Source: Candidatus Eiseniibacteriota bacterium
Lineage (GTDB): Bacteria > Eisenbacteria > RBG-16-71-46
NCBI GenBank assembly: GCA_031370785.1
Contig: JANMQY010000007.1
Location: 1-44,719, forward strand
DNA: 44,719 bases
Reading direction: 5' to 3'
Shown one piece after another: positions 1 to 12,718 of this stretch. The number at the start of each line of letters is the position of its first letter. Within the stretch, counting starts at the first letter, position 1. The position numbers and the translations under genes were made by a program. Below the pieces are notes generated by a model, which did not search any database, was not told the origin of the DNA, and saw nothing but the letters and a program-made list of their open reading frames with translations.

Positions 1-1
1 T

Positions 2-963
<962 letters not shown>

Positions 964-967
<4 letters not shown>

Positions 968-1475
968 CCTGGCGCTGCTTTCAGCTTGAGGAGCGGCTGG
1001 CCGGCGCTGACCGAGGCGCGCTCGTCGACCAGCAGATCGGTGACCAGCCCGCCGTGGCGGGCGGTGAGCTCGTTCTGCATCTTCATCGCTTCGATGACCG
1101 CAACCGCCTGACCAGGAGCGACGCTGTCGCCGACCTTCACCCGATAGGAGACGAGCAGCCCGGGCATGGGGGAGACCACGGTTTCGCCGGCGCCCGCGCG
1201 GCTCGCCTTCATGGTTGCGCGCAGCACTTTCTCCAGCGGATGGCGCACCTCGACCGGGACCGTGGTGCCATCGAGCGTGACGTCGAGCGCCTCGGCGCCG
1301 GGCGAGACGCGCACTTCGTGCGAACGCCCATCCACCAGCAGCGAGTACACCTCGCCATCCGGAAGCCGGTGGAAGTCGGCGGCGATGCGGCGGCCCTCCA
1401 GCTCGAGGATCAGCGTCTCGCCTTCGGTGTGGAACTCGACCTCGGTATCGCGGCCTTCGAGCGTGACCCAGAGTT

Positions 1476-1479
<4 letters not shown>
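964..1479 (-). CDS. Biotin carboxyl carrier (biotin/lipoyl attachment) subunit of an acyl-CoA carboxylase
   Basis: C-terminal part of ORF 964..2301; EAMKM biotinylation motif and SPMPG; GTG start at 1479 overlaps the biotin carboxylase stop (GTGA). Confidence 0.9.
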
Positions 1480-2986
<1,507 letters not shown>

Positions 2987-2990
<4 letters not shown>

Positions 2991-3373
2991 GCGCCGCCCT
3001 CGAGCACCACGCAGGCGATCGCGATCCCGCCGTCGTGGGTGAGCGTGAGATGGGAAGCGGTGCAGCCCATGCTTTCGAAGCGCTGGAGCGCCACGCCGGT
3101 GAAGCGCAGCTCGGGCACGCGGCCGCCGGGCTGGAGCACTTCGATCTGGGTCCAGCCCACGCCGCCGCTCATCCCGGTGCCGAGGGCCTTGGACGCCGCC
3201 TCCTTCGCGGCGAAGCGCGCCGCGAGGTGCGGCAGCGGATCCTTGTGCGTGCGGCAGTAGCCCAGCTCGCCTTCGGTGAACAGCCGCCGTTCCATGCGCT
3301 CTCCGAACCGCCCGAGCGAGGCGACCAGCCGACTCACCTGGATGACGTCCACGCCGATTCCTCGAACGGCCAC
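2987..3373 (-). CDS. acpS: Holo-[acyl-carrier-protein] synthase
   Basis: GIGVDVI and AARFAAKEAASKALGTG motifs; GTG 3373 preceded by GAGGA. Confidence 0.93.
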
Positions 3374-3416
3374 GGCTTCCTCGTGGTTAGAATGCGGCGG
3401 AAAGGCAGGACGGAGC

Positions 3417-3445
3417 AGTCTAGGGACGGGTGGCAGGGGGGTCAA
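3417..3445 (-). promoter_or_regulatory. Sigma70-type promoter for the acpS operon
   Basis: Minus strand reads TTGACC-N17-TAGACT upstream of acpS. Confidence 0.6.
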
Positions 3446-3473
3446 GCCACGGGCCTGAGAGCCGCGTGCCCGC

Positions 3474-3500
3474 GTAACCCGGGCGCTCCTCGAGCGTCCA
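3474..3500 (+). promoter_or_regulatory. Candidate ECF-type (possibly autoregulatory) promoter
   Basis: GTAACC-N15-CGTCCA (AAC...CGT pattern) just upstream of the ECF sigma gene. Confidence 0.45.
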
Positions 3501-3524
3501 TTCTGCGGACGGGGGAATGGAAGC

Positions 3525-4091
3525 CTGGCCGAACTCGACGAAGCCGAACTGATCGCCCGCCTGCGGGCGCGCGACATGGACGCCCTCGGTGAGCTGTATC
3601 GCCAGCTCGGAGGCGCGATGCATGGCCTTGCGCGCAGCATGCTGCGGAATCGGGAAGAGGCGGATGACATCGTCGAGGATGCGCTGCTCAAGATCCACTC
3701 CGCGGCGGCCGGCTTTCGCGGGACGCGCGGGCTGCGCACCTGGACGTTGCGAATCGTGGCGAACCGGTGCCGCGACGCGCTGAGGCGCCGCAAGTTCGCG
3801 GCCCCTCCGCCCGACGAGCTGGATCCGCTCGCGAGCGCGGGCCTGAGCATCGACCCGACGCGCGAATGGGAAGAGGGAGAGGACCAGAAGCGGGCGCTGA
3901 TCGCGCTGGAGCGGGTGCTCGCCGAGCTGCCGCGCGAGCAACGCGAGGCGGTGATTCTGGTGAACCGGCTGGGACTGCCGCTCGCCGAAGCGGGCGAAGC
4001 GCTGGGAACGACCGAAGGGGCGATGAAGTCGCGGCTGTTCCGCGCGCGGGAGACGCTGCGCGTGAAGCTGCGCGAAGCTCTCGGCGAATGA
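3525..4091 (+). CDS. ECF RNA polymerase sigma factor (start CTG 3525 or ATG 3576)
   Basis: Region 2 (EADDIVEDALL, RTWTLRIVANRCRDALRR) and region 4 (LPREQREAV, MKSRLFRARETLR). In-frame upstream LAELDEAELIARLRARD resembles a typical ECF N-terminus. Confidence 0.88.
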   Translation: MAELDEAELIARLRARDMDALGELYRQLGGAMHGLARSMLRNREEADDIVEDALLKIHSAAAGFRGTRGLRTWTLRIVANRCRDALRRRKFAAPPPDELDPLASAGLSIDPTREWEEGEDQKRALIALERVLAELPREQREAVILVNRLGLPLAEAGEALGTTEGAMKSRLFRARETLRVKLREALGE

Positions 4092-4453
4092 ACGACGGGG
4101 AGGATGCAATGCAGAAGCGTGAGGACGACCGACTGGATGCGCTGCTGTCCGCGGTGCGGGCCGAGCCCGACCCGCGGGTGTGGACGCGCGCCCGGGCGCG
4201 ACTCGCCGCGGAGCGTGAAGAGCCGCGCTGGGTGACGTGGCTCGGGCGACCGGTGACCCTGGCCGCTTCGGCCGCGATGCTCGTGGTTGCGCTGGGCGGA
4301 TCGCTGCTGCTGCAGCCCGCCGGCGGATCCACCGCGGATGCGACCACTCTCACCGACCAGCTGCTCGCCGAGCGTGGCGCGGCGAGCGCGGACGAACTCG
4401 GCGGGACGGCACAGGCCGCAGACGCGGCGGGCGACAGTGGAGGGCTCCAATGA
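4088..4453 (+). CDS. Putative single-pass membrane anti-sigma factor (start 4088 or 4109)
   Basis: ATGA overlap with the sigma stop; one hydrophobic segment (VTLAASAAMLVVALGGSLLL); position typical of anti-sigma genes. Confidence 0.6.
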   Translation: MNDGEDAMQKREDDRLDALLSAVRAEPDPRVWTRARARLAAEREEPRWVTWLGRPVTLAASAAMLVVALGGSLLLQPAGGSTADATTLTDQLLAERGAASADELGGTAQAADAAGDSGGLQ

Positions 4454-4860
4454 TCTCGCGCGGCCTTCTGGTGATCGCAATCCTTTCGGCGCTGCTGTTT
4501 GGCGCGACTGTGGGACTGATCGGCGGCATGGTGTTCAGCCACCTGATGCCCGGTCGCGGCTCGCACCGCGAGTTCGTTCACCACGGCCCGCGGGGGCGCC
4601 GCCCGATGCCCATGCCGGGCCTGATCATGCTGCGCCTCGAGCGCGACCTGAAGCTGACCGATGCGCAGCATCGCGCCATCGAGACCGTGCTCGAGCAGTC
4701 ACGAACCGAATTCGAAGCGGCGCGCGAGAGCACGCGGGCCCGCATCGACCGAGTGCTCACTCCCGAGCAGCAGAAACAATGGCACCAGATGGAGCGACGC
4801 CCGCCCGGGATGGACGCGATGCCGCCGTCCGATCACTGGGACAAGCCGAGGCGCCGGTGA
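4450..4860 (+). CDS. Membrane-anchored Spy/CpxP-like (periplasmic heavy-metal sensor-like) protein
   Basis: ATGA overlap; N-terminal hydrophobic helix; LKLTDAQ and VLTPEQ (LTxxQ) motifs. Confidence 0.7.
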   Translation: MISRGLLVIAILSALLFGATVGLIGGMVFSHLMPGRGSHREFVHHGPRGRRPMPMPGLIMLRLERDLKLTDAQHRAIETVLEQSRTEFEAARESTRARIDRVLTPEQQKQWHQMERRPPGMDAMPPSDHWDKPRRR

Positions 4861-4889
4861 TGGTCTCTTCGACCAGAGAGGAGCATCCG

Positions 4890-5459
4890 ATGAAGCGAAA
4901 CATCGCAGCACCGATCCTGATCGCCCTGCTCGCGCTTGCGGCCCCGGCCGCCTCGCGCGCCGAGGAAGCCGAGAACGAATCACGCGTCGAGATCAGGCAC
5001 GTCGTTCGCGGCGGGCCGGGAATGATGGAGGGCCTCAAGCTGACCGACGATCAGAAGGCGAAGCTCGAGGACGTGCACTACCGGCACCAGAAGAAGGCGA
5101 TCGAAATGCGTGCGGACCTTCGTCTGGCGACCCTCGACCTGCATCGACTGATGCGCGCCGAGTCGCCGGACCAGCGGGCCATCAACGCACAGATCGACAG
5201 GATCGCTAGCATGCGTGCCGGTCTGCAGAAGGCGGGCGTCGCCTCGATGCTGGAGACGCGTACGCTCCTCACTCCGGAACAGCGGAAGCTGTGGCGTGAG
5301 CACCACGGTCCCGGTGGCATGAGACGCGGCGGCATGAGGCACGGCGGTCCGGGTGGCGGCATGATGCACGGTGGTCCGCGCGGCGGCATGCACGACGAGA
5401 TGAACGGCATGCACCACGAGATGAAGGAGGAGCACGGGCCCGAGGGTGAAGCGAGCTAG
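4890..5459 (+). CDS. Spy/CpxP/ZraP-family periplasmic protein with a Gly/Met/His-rich tail
   Basis: GAGGAG RBS; signal peptide MKRNIAAP...ASRA; LKLTDDQ and LLTPEQR motifs. Confidence 0.8.
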   Translation: MKRNIAAPILIALLALAAPAASRAEEAENESRVEIRHVVRGGPGMMEGLKLTDDQKAKLEDVHYRHQKKAIEMRADLRLATLDLHRLMRAESPDQRAINAQIDRIASMRAGLQKAGVASMLETRTLLTPEQRKLWREHHGPGGMRRGGMRHGGPGGGMMHGGPRGGMHDEMNGMHHEMKEEHGPEGEAS

Positions 5460-5486
5460 CTCTCAGCCGGTCGAATTCGAAGTGAC

Positions 5487-5510
5487 GGGGCGTGGCGCAA
5501 GCCGCGCCCC
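5487..5510 (+). terminator. Hairpin after the ECF operon (GCAA loop, no U-tract)
   Basis: GGGGCGTGGC-GCAA-GCCGCGCCCC. Confidence 0.4.
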
Positions 5511-5580
5511 TCGCCGGCGGGAACGCCTGTCCGCGCACGAGCGGCCCTGCACGCACCGGGTGGCCGAACGCCAGGGTGGC

Positions 5581-6819
<1,239 letters not shown>

Positions 6820-6854
6820 CGGCCGGCGAATGAACCAACCCGAGGATCCGATCC

Positions 6855-7184
6855 ATGTGGAGTGACGCTCTCGCTCAAGCCCCCGGAGCCGCAGCGGCGC
6901 CGGCCAATCCGACCATCGGCTTTCTGATCCAGTTCGGCCCGATCCTGATCATCTTCGCGATCATGTACATGCTCCTGATCCGTCCCCAGCAGCAGCGGCA
7001 GAAGCAGATGGACCAGATGCTCAAGGCGGTAAAGAAGGGCGATCGCGTGCTCACCTCGGGCGGGATCCTCGGAACCATCGTCGGGGTGGAAGACACCAAG
7101 GCCGTGCTGCGCATCGCCGACGACGTCAAGATCGAGATCACCAAGAGCTCGATCGTGCAGGTGCTGGCGGAGCCTGGCCGGTAA
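6855..7184 (+). CDS. yajC: Preprotein translocase subunit YajC
   Basis: Hydrophobic helix followed by LIRPQQQRQK, KKGDRVLTSGGILG; directly follows tgt. Confidence 0.93.
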   Translation: MWSDALAQAPGAAAAPANPTIGFLIQFGPILIIFAIMYMLLIRPQQQRQKQMDQMLKAVKKGDRVLTSGGILGTIVGVEDTKAVLRIADDVKIEITKSSIVQVLAEPGR

Positions 7185-7753
7185 TGCCGATTCGCCCGGT
7201 GCGCATCTACGGCGATCCGGTGCTGCGCCAGAAGGCGCGCGAGGTCACCGATGTGGACGACACCGTGCGCCGGCTGGTCGAAGACCTGCGCGACACCATG
7301 AAGGCGTATAGCGGCGTTGGCCTGGCCGCCAACCAGGTGGGCGTCGCGCAACGCGTGCTGGTGGTGGACGTGCCGCCCGAGGAACGATCGGAAGTGGTCG
7401 GGCCCGCACACGGCCGGCGCGCGCTCATCAATCCGGTGATCACCCGGCGCTCCGGGTCTGGGACCGGCGAGGAAGGCTGCCTGTCCATGCCCGGGATCTA
7501 CGAAGACGTCGCGCGCTCGCGAAAAATCGAGGTCGAGGCGCTGGACGAGCACGGCCGCAGGATCCAGTTCGAGGCCGAAGGCTTTCTGGCGCGCGCCGTG
7601 CAGCACGAGATCGATCATCTCGACGGCATCCTGTTCGTGGACCGGCTCTCGCCGCTGCGCCGGCAGTTCCTGCGCCGCACGCTCGATGCGCTGGCGCGGG
7701 GCGAGCTGCCTGGTGGCTATCGCGCGCCGCTCGAAGGCGGGGGGGAGCGCTGA
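7184..7753 (+). CDS. def: Peptide deformylase
   Basis: GVGLAANQVG, EGCLS, QHEIDHLDG. Confidence 0.96.
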   Translation: MPIRPVRIYGDPVLRQKAREVTDVDDTVRRLVEDLRDTMKAYSGVGLAANQVGVAQRVLVVDVPPEERSEVVGPAHGRRALINPVITRRSGSGTGEEGCLSMPGIYEDVARSRKIEVEALDEHGRRIQFEAEGFLARAVQHEIDHLDGILFVDRLSPLRRQFLRRTLDALARGELPGGYRAPLEGGGER

Positions 7754-7764
7754 GCCGACCGCGG

Positions 7765-8721
7765 GTGGTGTTCATGGGCACGCCGGAGTTCGCAGTGCCG
7801 GCGCTGCGCACAACGGCCGAAGCGTGCGAGGTGGCGCTGGTGGTTTCGCAGCCGGATCGGCCGCGCGGACGTGGGCTGGCCGCGCAACCGTCGCCGGTGG
7901 TGGTTGCGGCGCGCGAGCTGGGGATCGAGGTGTATCAGCCCGTGAACATGAAGAGCGACGCGGCGCGCGAGCGCATCGCGGCGGCGGCGCCGGACCTGTT
8001 CGCGGTGGTCGCGTTTGGCGCGATCCTGGTCCCCGCGCTGCTGGCGGCACCAAGGCTCGGAGCCATCAACCTGCACGGCTCGTTGCTGCCGGACTATCGC
8101 GGCGCCTCACCGGTGCAGCGCGCGTTGTGGGATGGGAGGCGAGTGACCGGAGTGACCACTCTGTGGATGGATGACGGCATCGACACCGGCGACTGGATCC
8201 TCAAGCACGAGGTCCGGATCCTGGACGACGACAATGCGGGATCGCTGGCCGCGCGCCTCGCGCAGATCGGCGCGCCGCTTCTCGCCGAAAGCCTTTCCCT
8301 CGCGTTCGAGGGACGAGCGCCGCGTCATGCGCAGGATCGGTCGTCGGGCTCGTACGCGAAGAAGCTGGCGAAGAGCGACGGCCTCGTGGACTGGACGCTG
8401 GATGCCGCCGCGGTGTGGCACCACCAGCGCGCGGTGACCCCGTGGCCGGGCGCGACCACCGCGTTTCGCGGGCGGCGCATGCGTCTCGAACGCACGCGGC
8501 CGCTGGGTTCGATCTCGCCGATCAGGCCGGCCGGGCAGACGCCCGGAACCGTGACTGGAGTGGGAGCATCCGGAGTTGCCGTGGCATGTGGCGCCGGCAC
8601 GCTCGAGATTCTCGAGCTCAAGCCCGAGGGCCGCGCCGTGCTCGACGCGGTCGAGTGGGCGCGCGGGGCCCGACTGGCGGCCGGCGAAACATTCGAAACC
8701 CTGAAGGAGATTTCCGCGTGA
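7765..8721 (+). CDS. fmt: Methionyl-tRNA formyltransferase (possible CTG start at 7750)
   Basis: VFMGTPEFA, QPDRPRGRG, INLHGSLLPDYRGASP, DDGIDTGD. Confidence 0.95.
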   Translation: MVFMGTPEFAVPALRTTAEACEVALVVSQPDRPRGRGLAAQPSPVVVAARELGIEVYQPVNMKSDAARERIAAAAPDLFAVVAFGAILVPALLAAPRLGAINLHGSLLPDYRGASPVQRALWDGRRVTGVTTLWMDDGIDTGDWILKHEVRILDDDNAGSLAARLAQIGAPLLAESLSLAFEGRAPRHAQDRSSGSYAKKLAKSDGLVDWTLDAAAVWHHQRAVTPWPGATTAFRGRRMRLERTRPLGSISPIRPAGQTPGTVTGVGASGVAVACGAGTLEILELKPEGRAVLDAVEWARGARLAAGETFETLKEISA

Positions 8722-10862
8722 CCGAATCCCGTCCACCGCGAGCAGGCACACCGCGCCCTCGCCCCGCACCGCGCGACGCGACACCCCGCGCCTCGAATTC
8801 CACGAGGCCGGGTCGCCTGGTCCGCGAGGACCGCGCTCGCGGAGCAGGCCCGCGTCCCGAGGGAAGCCGCACCGGCAACTCCGGGCGCTCGCGGCCCGCT
8901 CCGTCGCGCGGCCCGCGTCCGGAAGGCGGAGCGCCACGGGGGGAGTTCCGCCCGTCGCGCGGCCCACGTCCCGAAGCCGGAGCGCCGCGCGGGGAGTTCC
9001 GCCCGTCGCGCGGCCCACGTCCCGAAGGCGGAGCGCCACGGGGGGAGTTCCGCCCGTTGCGCGGCCCACGTCCCGAAGGCGGAGCGCCGCGCGGAGAGTT
9101 CCGCCCGTCGCGCGGCCCACGTCCGGAAGGCGGAGCGCCACGGGGGGAGTTCCGCCCGTCGCGCGGCCCACGTCCCGAAGGCGGAGCGCCGCGCGGAGAG
9201 TTCCGCCCGTCGCGCGGCCCGCGTCCCGAAGGCGGAGCGCCGCGCAGCCCGCGTCCCGGCAGCGGCTCACGCCCGCCCGGGAACTCCCGTCCTTCGAGCG
9301 CCGGGCGCAGCGAGTTCAACGATCGCGCGCGCGGCGGTGGGCAGGCCAATGCGGTCAACCGCTCGCGTCCTCTTTACGAGGAGCGCCCGCGCAGCCGCTA
9401 TCCAGGCAGGCCCGCCCGCACCAACGGCCGGCCCGCCTCGCGAAACAGCGGCGCTGGCTCGCAGGGCGGACAGTCGTGGCGTGAGGGTGGCCGGCCGCGT
9501 GGCGCGCCCACCGACGACGAGCGATCGCTGCCGCCGCTTCCTTCCAATCCTCGTGAGGCCGCGCTGCGCATCCTGCACGCCGCCGACACGCGCAGCGCAT
9601 TCAGCGACCGGTTGCTCGACGGCGCGCACGCGCGCGGCGGACCCGACGTGCGCGATCAGGCGCTGATGCACGAGCTGGTCAAAGGTACGCTGCGCTGGCG
9701 TGGACGTATCGACTACATGCTTGACAAGCTGGTGCACATCGGCCTCACCCAGGTGCAGCCGTGGGTGAAGAACATCCTGCGCATGGGCGCCTACCAGATC
9801 CTGTTCCTCGACCGCGTGCCGCCGCACGCCGCGGTGGATGAGTCGGTGAAGCTCGCGCACAAGTACGGGCACCCCGGCACCGCCGGGCTGGTGAACAGCG
9901 TTCTGCGCCGGATGGTGGAACAGAAGGATACATTGCTGCCGCCGGAGGGCGACGACGTCGAGTCGCTGGCGGCGTGGGGCTCACATCCCCGCTGGATCGT
10001 CGAGCGCTGGCTCACCCGCTTCGGTGTCGAGGGAACGCGCGCGCTGCTGCTCGCCAACAACCGCTCGGTGCGGGTCGGGTTGCGCGTCAATCCGCTGCGC
10101 GGCACGCGCGAGCAGTTGATCGAGAAGCTCGCCGCAGAAGGCGTCGAAGCATCCCCGGCATTGCTCTCGCCCGATCTGGTGTGGGTCGGGTCGCACCACG
10201 CGCCGGGCGCCCTGGCCGCCTTCAAGCAGGGACTGTGCACGGTGCAGGACGAGAGCGAGGCGCTGGTCTGCCGCCTGGTCGACCCAAAGCCGCACGAACG
10301 CCTGCTCGACCTTTGCGCGGCTCCGGGCGGGAAGTGCACGCACCTCGCCGAGCTGATGGGCGATGAGGGCGAAGTGTGGGCGATGGAGCGGAGCGAATCG
10401 CGCACCACCTCGCTGCAGACCACCGTCGACCGGCTCGGCGCGCACGCGGTGCACGTGGTGCAGGGGGATGGGCGCAGCTATACCTTCCCGATGCCATTCG
10501 ACCGCGTGCTGGTGGATGCGCCCTGCACCGGACTCGGTGTCCTCGCCCGCCGAGCGGATGCGCGCTGGCGCAAGGGGCCGGAGATGCTGCGCGAGATGCC
10601 CCCGATCCAGCTCGAGCTGCTCGCCGCCGGAGGTCGCCGGCTGCGTCCGGGCGGTGTACTGGTGTACAGCGTGTGTTCGTTCGAGCCCGAGGAGACGACC
10701 GAAGTGGTCGAGCGCTTCCTGCGCGAGAACCCGGCATTCGTGCTCGAGGCGCCGCATGCGCTGCTGCCGGAGCCGGTCGTGGATGAGCAAGGCTTCATGC
10801 TCGTCCTGCCGCACGTGCACGGCTGCGACGGGGCGTTCGCTGCGAGGTTCCGGCGCACATGA
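8718..10862 (+). CDS. rsmB: 16S rRNA m5C967 methyltransferase RsmB with a long repetitive N-terminal extension
   Basis: NusB-like domain (ILRMGAYQILFLDRVPPHAAVDESV), VQDE, DLCAAPGGK, VLVDAPCTGLG, YSVCS; GTGA overlap with the fmt stop. Confidence 0.9.
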   Translation: MTESRPPRAGTPRPRPAPRDATPRASNSTRPGRLVREDRARGAGPRPEGSRTGNSGRSRPAPSRGPRPEGGAPRGEFRPSRGPRPEAGAPRGEFRPSRGPRPEGGAPRGEFRPLRGPRPEGGAPRGEFRPSRGPRPEGGAPRGEFRPSRGPRPEGGAPRGEFRPSRGPRPEGGAPRSPRPGSGSRPPGNSRPSSAGRSEFNDRARGGGQANAVNRSRPLYEERPRSRYPGRPARTNGRPASRNSGAGSQGGQSWREGGRPRGAPTDDERSLPPLPSNPREAALRILHAADTRSAFSDRLLDGAHARGGPDVRDQALMHELVKGTLRWRGRIDYMLDKLVHIGLTQVQPWVKNILRMGAYQILFLDRVPPHAAVDESVKLAHKYGHPGTAGLVNSVLRRMVEQKDTLLPPEGDDVESLAAWGSHPRWIVERWLTRFGVEGTRALLLANNRSVRVGLRVNPLRGTREQLIEKLAAEGVEASPALLSPDLVWVGSHHAPGALAAFKQGLCTVQDESEALVCRLVDPKPHERLLDLCAAPGGKCTHLAELMGDEGEVWAMERSESRTTSLQTTVDRLGAHAVHVVQGDGRSYTFPMPFDRVLVDAPCTGLGVLARRADARWRKGPEMLREMPPIQLELLAAGGRRLRPGGVLVYSVCSFEPEETTEVVERFLRENPAFVLEAPHALLPEPVVDEQGFMLVLPHVHGCDGAFAARFRRT
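8901..9245 (+). repeat. 51-bp coding tandem repeat, six full copies plus one partial (PSRGPRPEGGAPRGEFR)
   Basis: Units begin at 8901 and recur every 51 nt to 9207, in frame with rsmB. Confidence 0.95.
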
Positions 10863-11848
10863 GCCGCAGGCGCGGTCGCAGTCGCGAAGCCGATCCGGCA
10901 CACGAAGTGGTGGCGCCGGACGAGGCGGAACCCCACCCGGAGACTGAGGGCGAGGGCGTCCCGATCGAGCCCGACCCGGCGGCGGGACACCGTGATCTCG
11001 AGCTGCACGACCCCGAGCCTGAGCCCGTGGAGTCGGGCTTCGACGATCCGTTGGACTCGCGCATCGAGCCCAACGAGGTCGCGCTCGCCGCGGATCCCTC
11101 GCTGTGGGTGCCGCCGCACCGGAGCCATCGCATCGCGGTCGCATCCTCTCTGCTCGGGCTCGCCACGGTCGCCTTCATCACCGGCCTGATCCTGTTCAAC
11201 AACCTGGTGATGCCGCGCTTCATCCATCGTGCGGGCGAGGTGAAGGTGCCCGATCTGGCGAATCTCACGTTCGAGCAGGCCGAGCGTCAGGCCGCCCCGC
11301 TCGGGCTGCAGCTGTCGCGCGCCGGCGAGCGCTTCGATGCGACGGTGCCGAGCGGCTTCATCCTGTCGCAGGATCCGCCCGAAGGCACCCCGGTGCGCGG
11401 ACGGCACCGGGTGATGGTGGTCGTGAGCCTCGGCGAGGAATTCAGCTCGGTGCCCGAGCTGTTCGGCGAATCGTTGCGCGGGACGCGGCTGCTGCTCGAG
11501 CGCGCCGGCCTGCGCGTGGGAGGAATCACGCACGCGCCCTCCGACGAGGTCGGGCAGGGGCTGGTGGTGGACACCGACCCACCGGCCGAGAGCGTTCTTC
11601 CGCGCGGCACTCCCGTCGCGCTGCTGGTCTCGACCGGCTCGGGGCCCGAGGAGTTCGTGATGCCCGATCTGCTCGGGCGGCAGATCTCGGGAGTGCGCCG
11701 GCAGCTCGAGTCGCTCGGCTTCCGTGTGTTCACGCCGCCGGCATCCCCGTCGAGCGGAACCATCATGTTCCAGGATCCGCCGCCCGGCTCGCGCATCACC
11801 CGGGACGCGAACATCATGCTTCAGGTCACCGGGAGGATGATCCGATGA
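10859..11848 (+). CDS. PASTA-domain membrane protein without a kinase domain
   Basis: Acidic N-terminus, one hydrophobic helix, three PASTA-like repeats (VPDLANLT, VPELFGES, MPDLLGRQ with QDPP/TDPP motifs). Confidence 0.85.
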   Translation: MSRRRGRSREADPAHEVVAPDEAEPHPETEGEGVPIEPDPAAGHRDLELHDPEPEPVESGFDDPLDSRIEPNEVALAADPSLWVPPHRSHRIAVASSLLGLATVAFITGLILFNNLVMPRFIHRAGEVKVPDLANLTFEQAERQAAPLGLQLSRAGERFDATVPSGFILSQDPPEGTPVRGRHRVMVVVSLGEEFSSVPELFGESLRGTRLLLERAGLRVGGITHAPSDEVGQGLVVDTDPPAESVLPRGTPVALLVSTGSGPEEFVMPDLLGRQISGVRRQLESLGFRVFTPPASPSSGTIMFQDPPPGSRITRDANIMLQVTGRMIR

Positions 11849-12519
11849 GCGTGCCGCATCCGTTGGCCGGACCGATCGCCGCGCCCAGCATCCTGTCGGC
11901 CGACTTCTCGAAGCTCGTAGAAGCGCTCGCGATCGCCGACCCGGCGCGGGACTGGGTGCACTGCGACGTGATGGACAATCACTTCGTGCCGAACCTCACC
12001 TTTGGCCCGTTGATCGTGGGCGCGGTGCGCCGGTTGACGCAGGCATTCGTCGACGTGCACCTCATGATCGAAAAGCCCGACTCGTTGATCGCGCGCTTCC
12101 GCGACGCGGGCGCGGATCAGATGACGGTTCACTTCGAGGCGTGCGCCGATCCCGGATCGACGCTCGCCGCGGTGCGGGCGACCGGAGCGCGGGCAGGGCT
12201 GGCGATCAAGCCTGGCACCCCGTTCGCCGCGGCGGAACCGTACCTGGCCGCGCTCGATCTGCTGCTGGTCATGACCGTCGAGCCCGGCTTCGGCGGGCAG
12301 GCGTTCATGCCCAGGATGCTCGAGAAGGTGCGGGCGGCCGCCACCTGGCGCGCGTTCAATCGGGCCTCGTTTCTGGTCGAGGTGGACGGCGGCATCAGCA
12401 CGCAGAACGCCCGGGACGCCCGCACCGCCGGGGCCGATGTCTTCGTGGCCGGCAACTCGATCTACGGCGCGAGCGAACCGGACCGGGCGCTCGAAGCGTT
12501 CCGGCGCACGATCGGCTAG
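11845..12519 (+). CDS. rpe: Ribulose-phosphate 3-epimerase
   Basis: APSILSADF, HCDVMDNHFVPNLTFG, DVHLMI, MTVEPGFGGQ, EVDGGI; ATGA overlap. Confidence 0.95.
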   Translation: MSVPHPLAGPIAAPSILSADFSKLVEALAIADPARDWVHCDVMDNHFVPNLTFGPLIVGAVRRLTQAFVDVHLMIEKPDSLIARFRDAGADQMTVHFEACADPGSTLAAVRATGARAGLAIKPGTPFAAAEPYLAALDLLLVMTVEPGFGGQAFMPRMLEKVRAAATWRAFNRASFLVEVDGGISTQNARDARTAGADVFVAGNSIYGASEPDRALEAFRRTIG

Positions 12520-12591
12520 ACCTGCCGGGTGGGCTCGGGTCTCGCGCTCGTGGCACGGACGAACTTTCCTCGGGGACAGTTGCATACCGGC

Positions 12592-12623
12592 CGCCTGAAC
12601 TGGCCGCGCGGCCAGTTCAGGCG
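12592..12623. repeat. Perfect 32-bp palindrome between rpe and ffh
   Basis: CGCCTGAACTGGCCGC followed directly by GCGGCCAGTTCAGGCG. Confidence 0.85.
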
Positions 12624-12718
12624 CTCGTGCGGGTTCGTCGTACGGCGAACCAAATGCCTCCTTTCGCCTGCCGCTCGCCCTGTGTTATTTTTCGTCCTTT
12701 GCCAGATGGGAAGGGACC

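Noticed and set aside
8901..9245. The 51-bp repeats as a CRISPR array
   Set aside because: Head-to-tail units with no unique spacers, length a multiple of three, in frame with rsmB, and no cas genes.
12520..12718. SRP RNA (ffs) upstream of ffh
   Set aside because: The conserved helix-8 motif (CAGG...GGAA...AGCAG) is not present.
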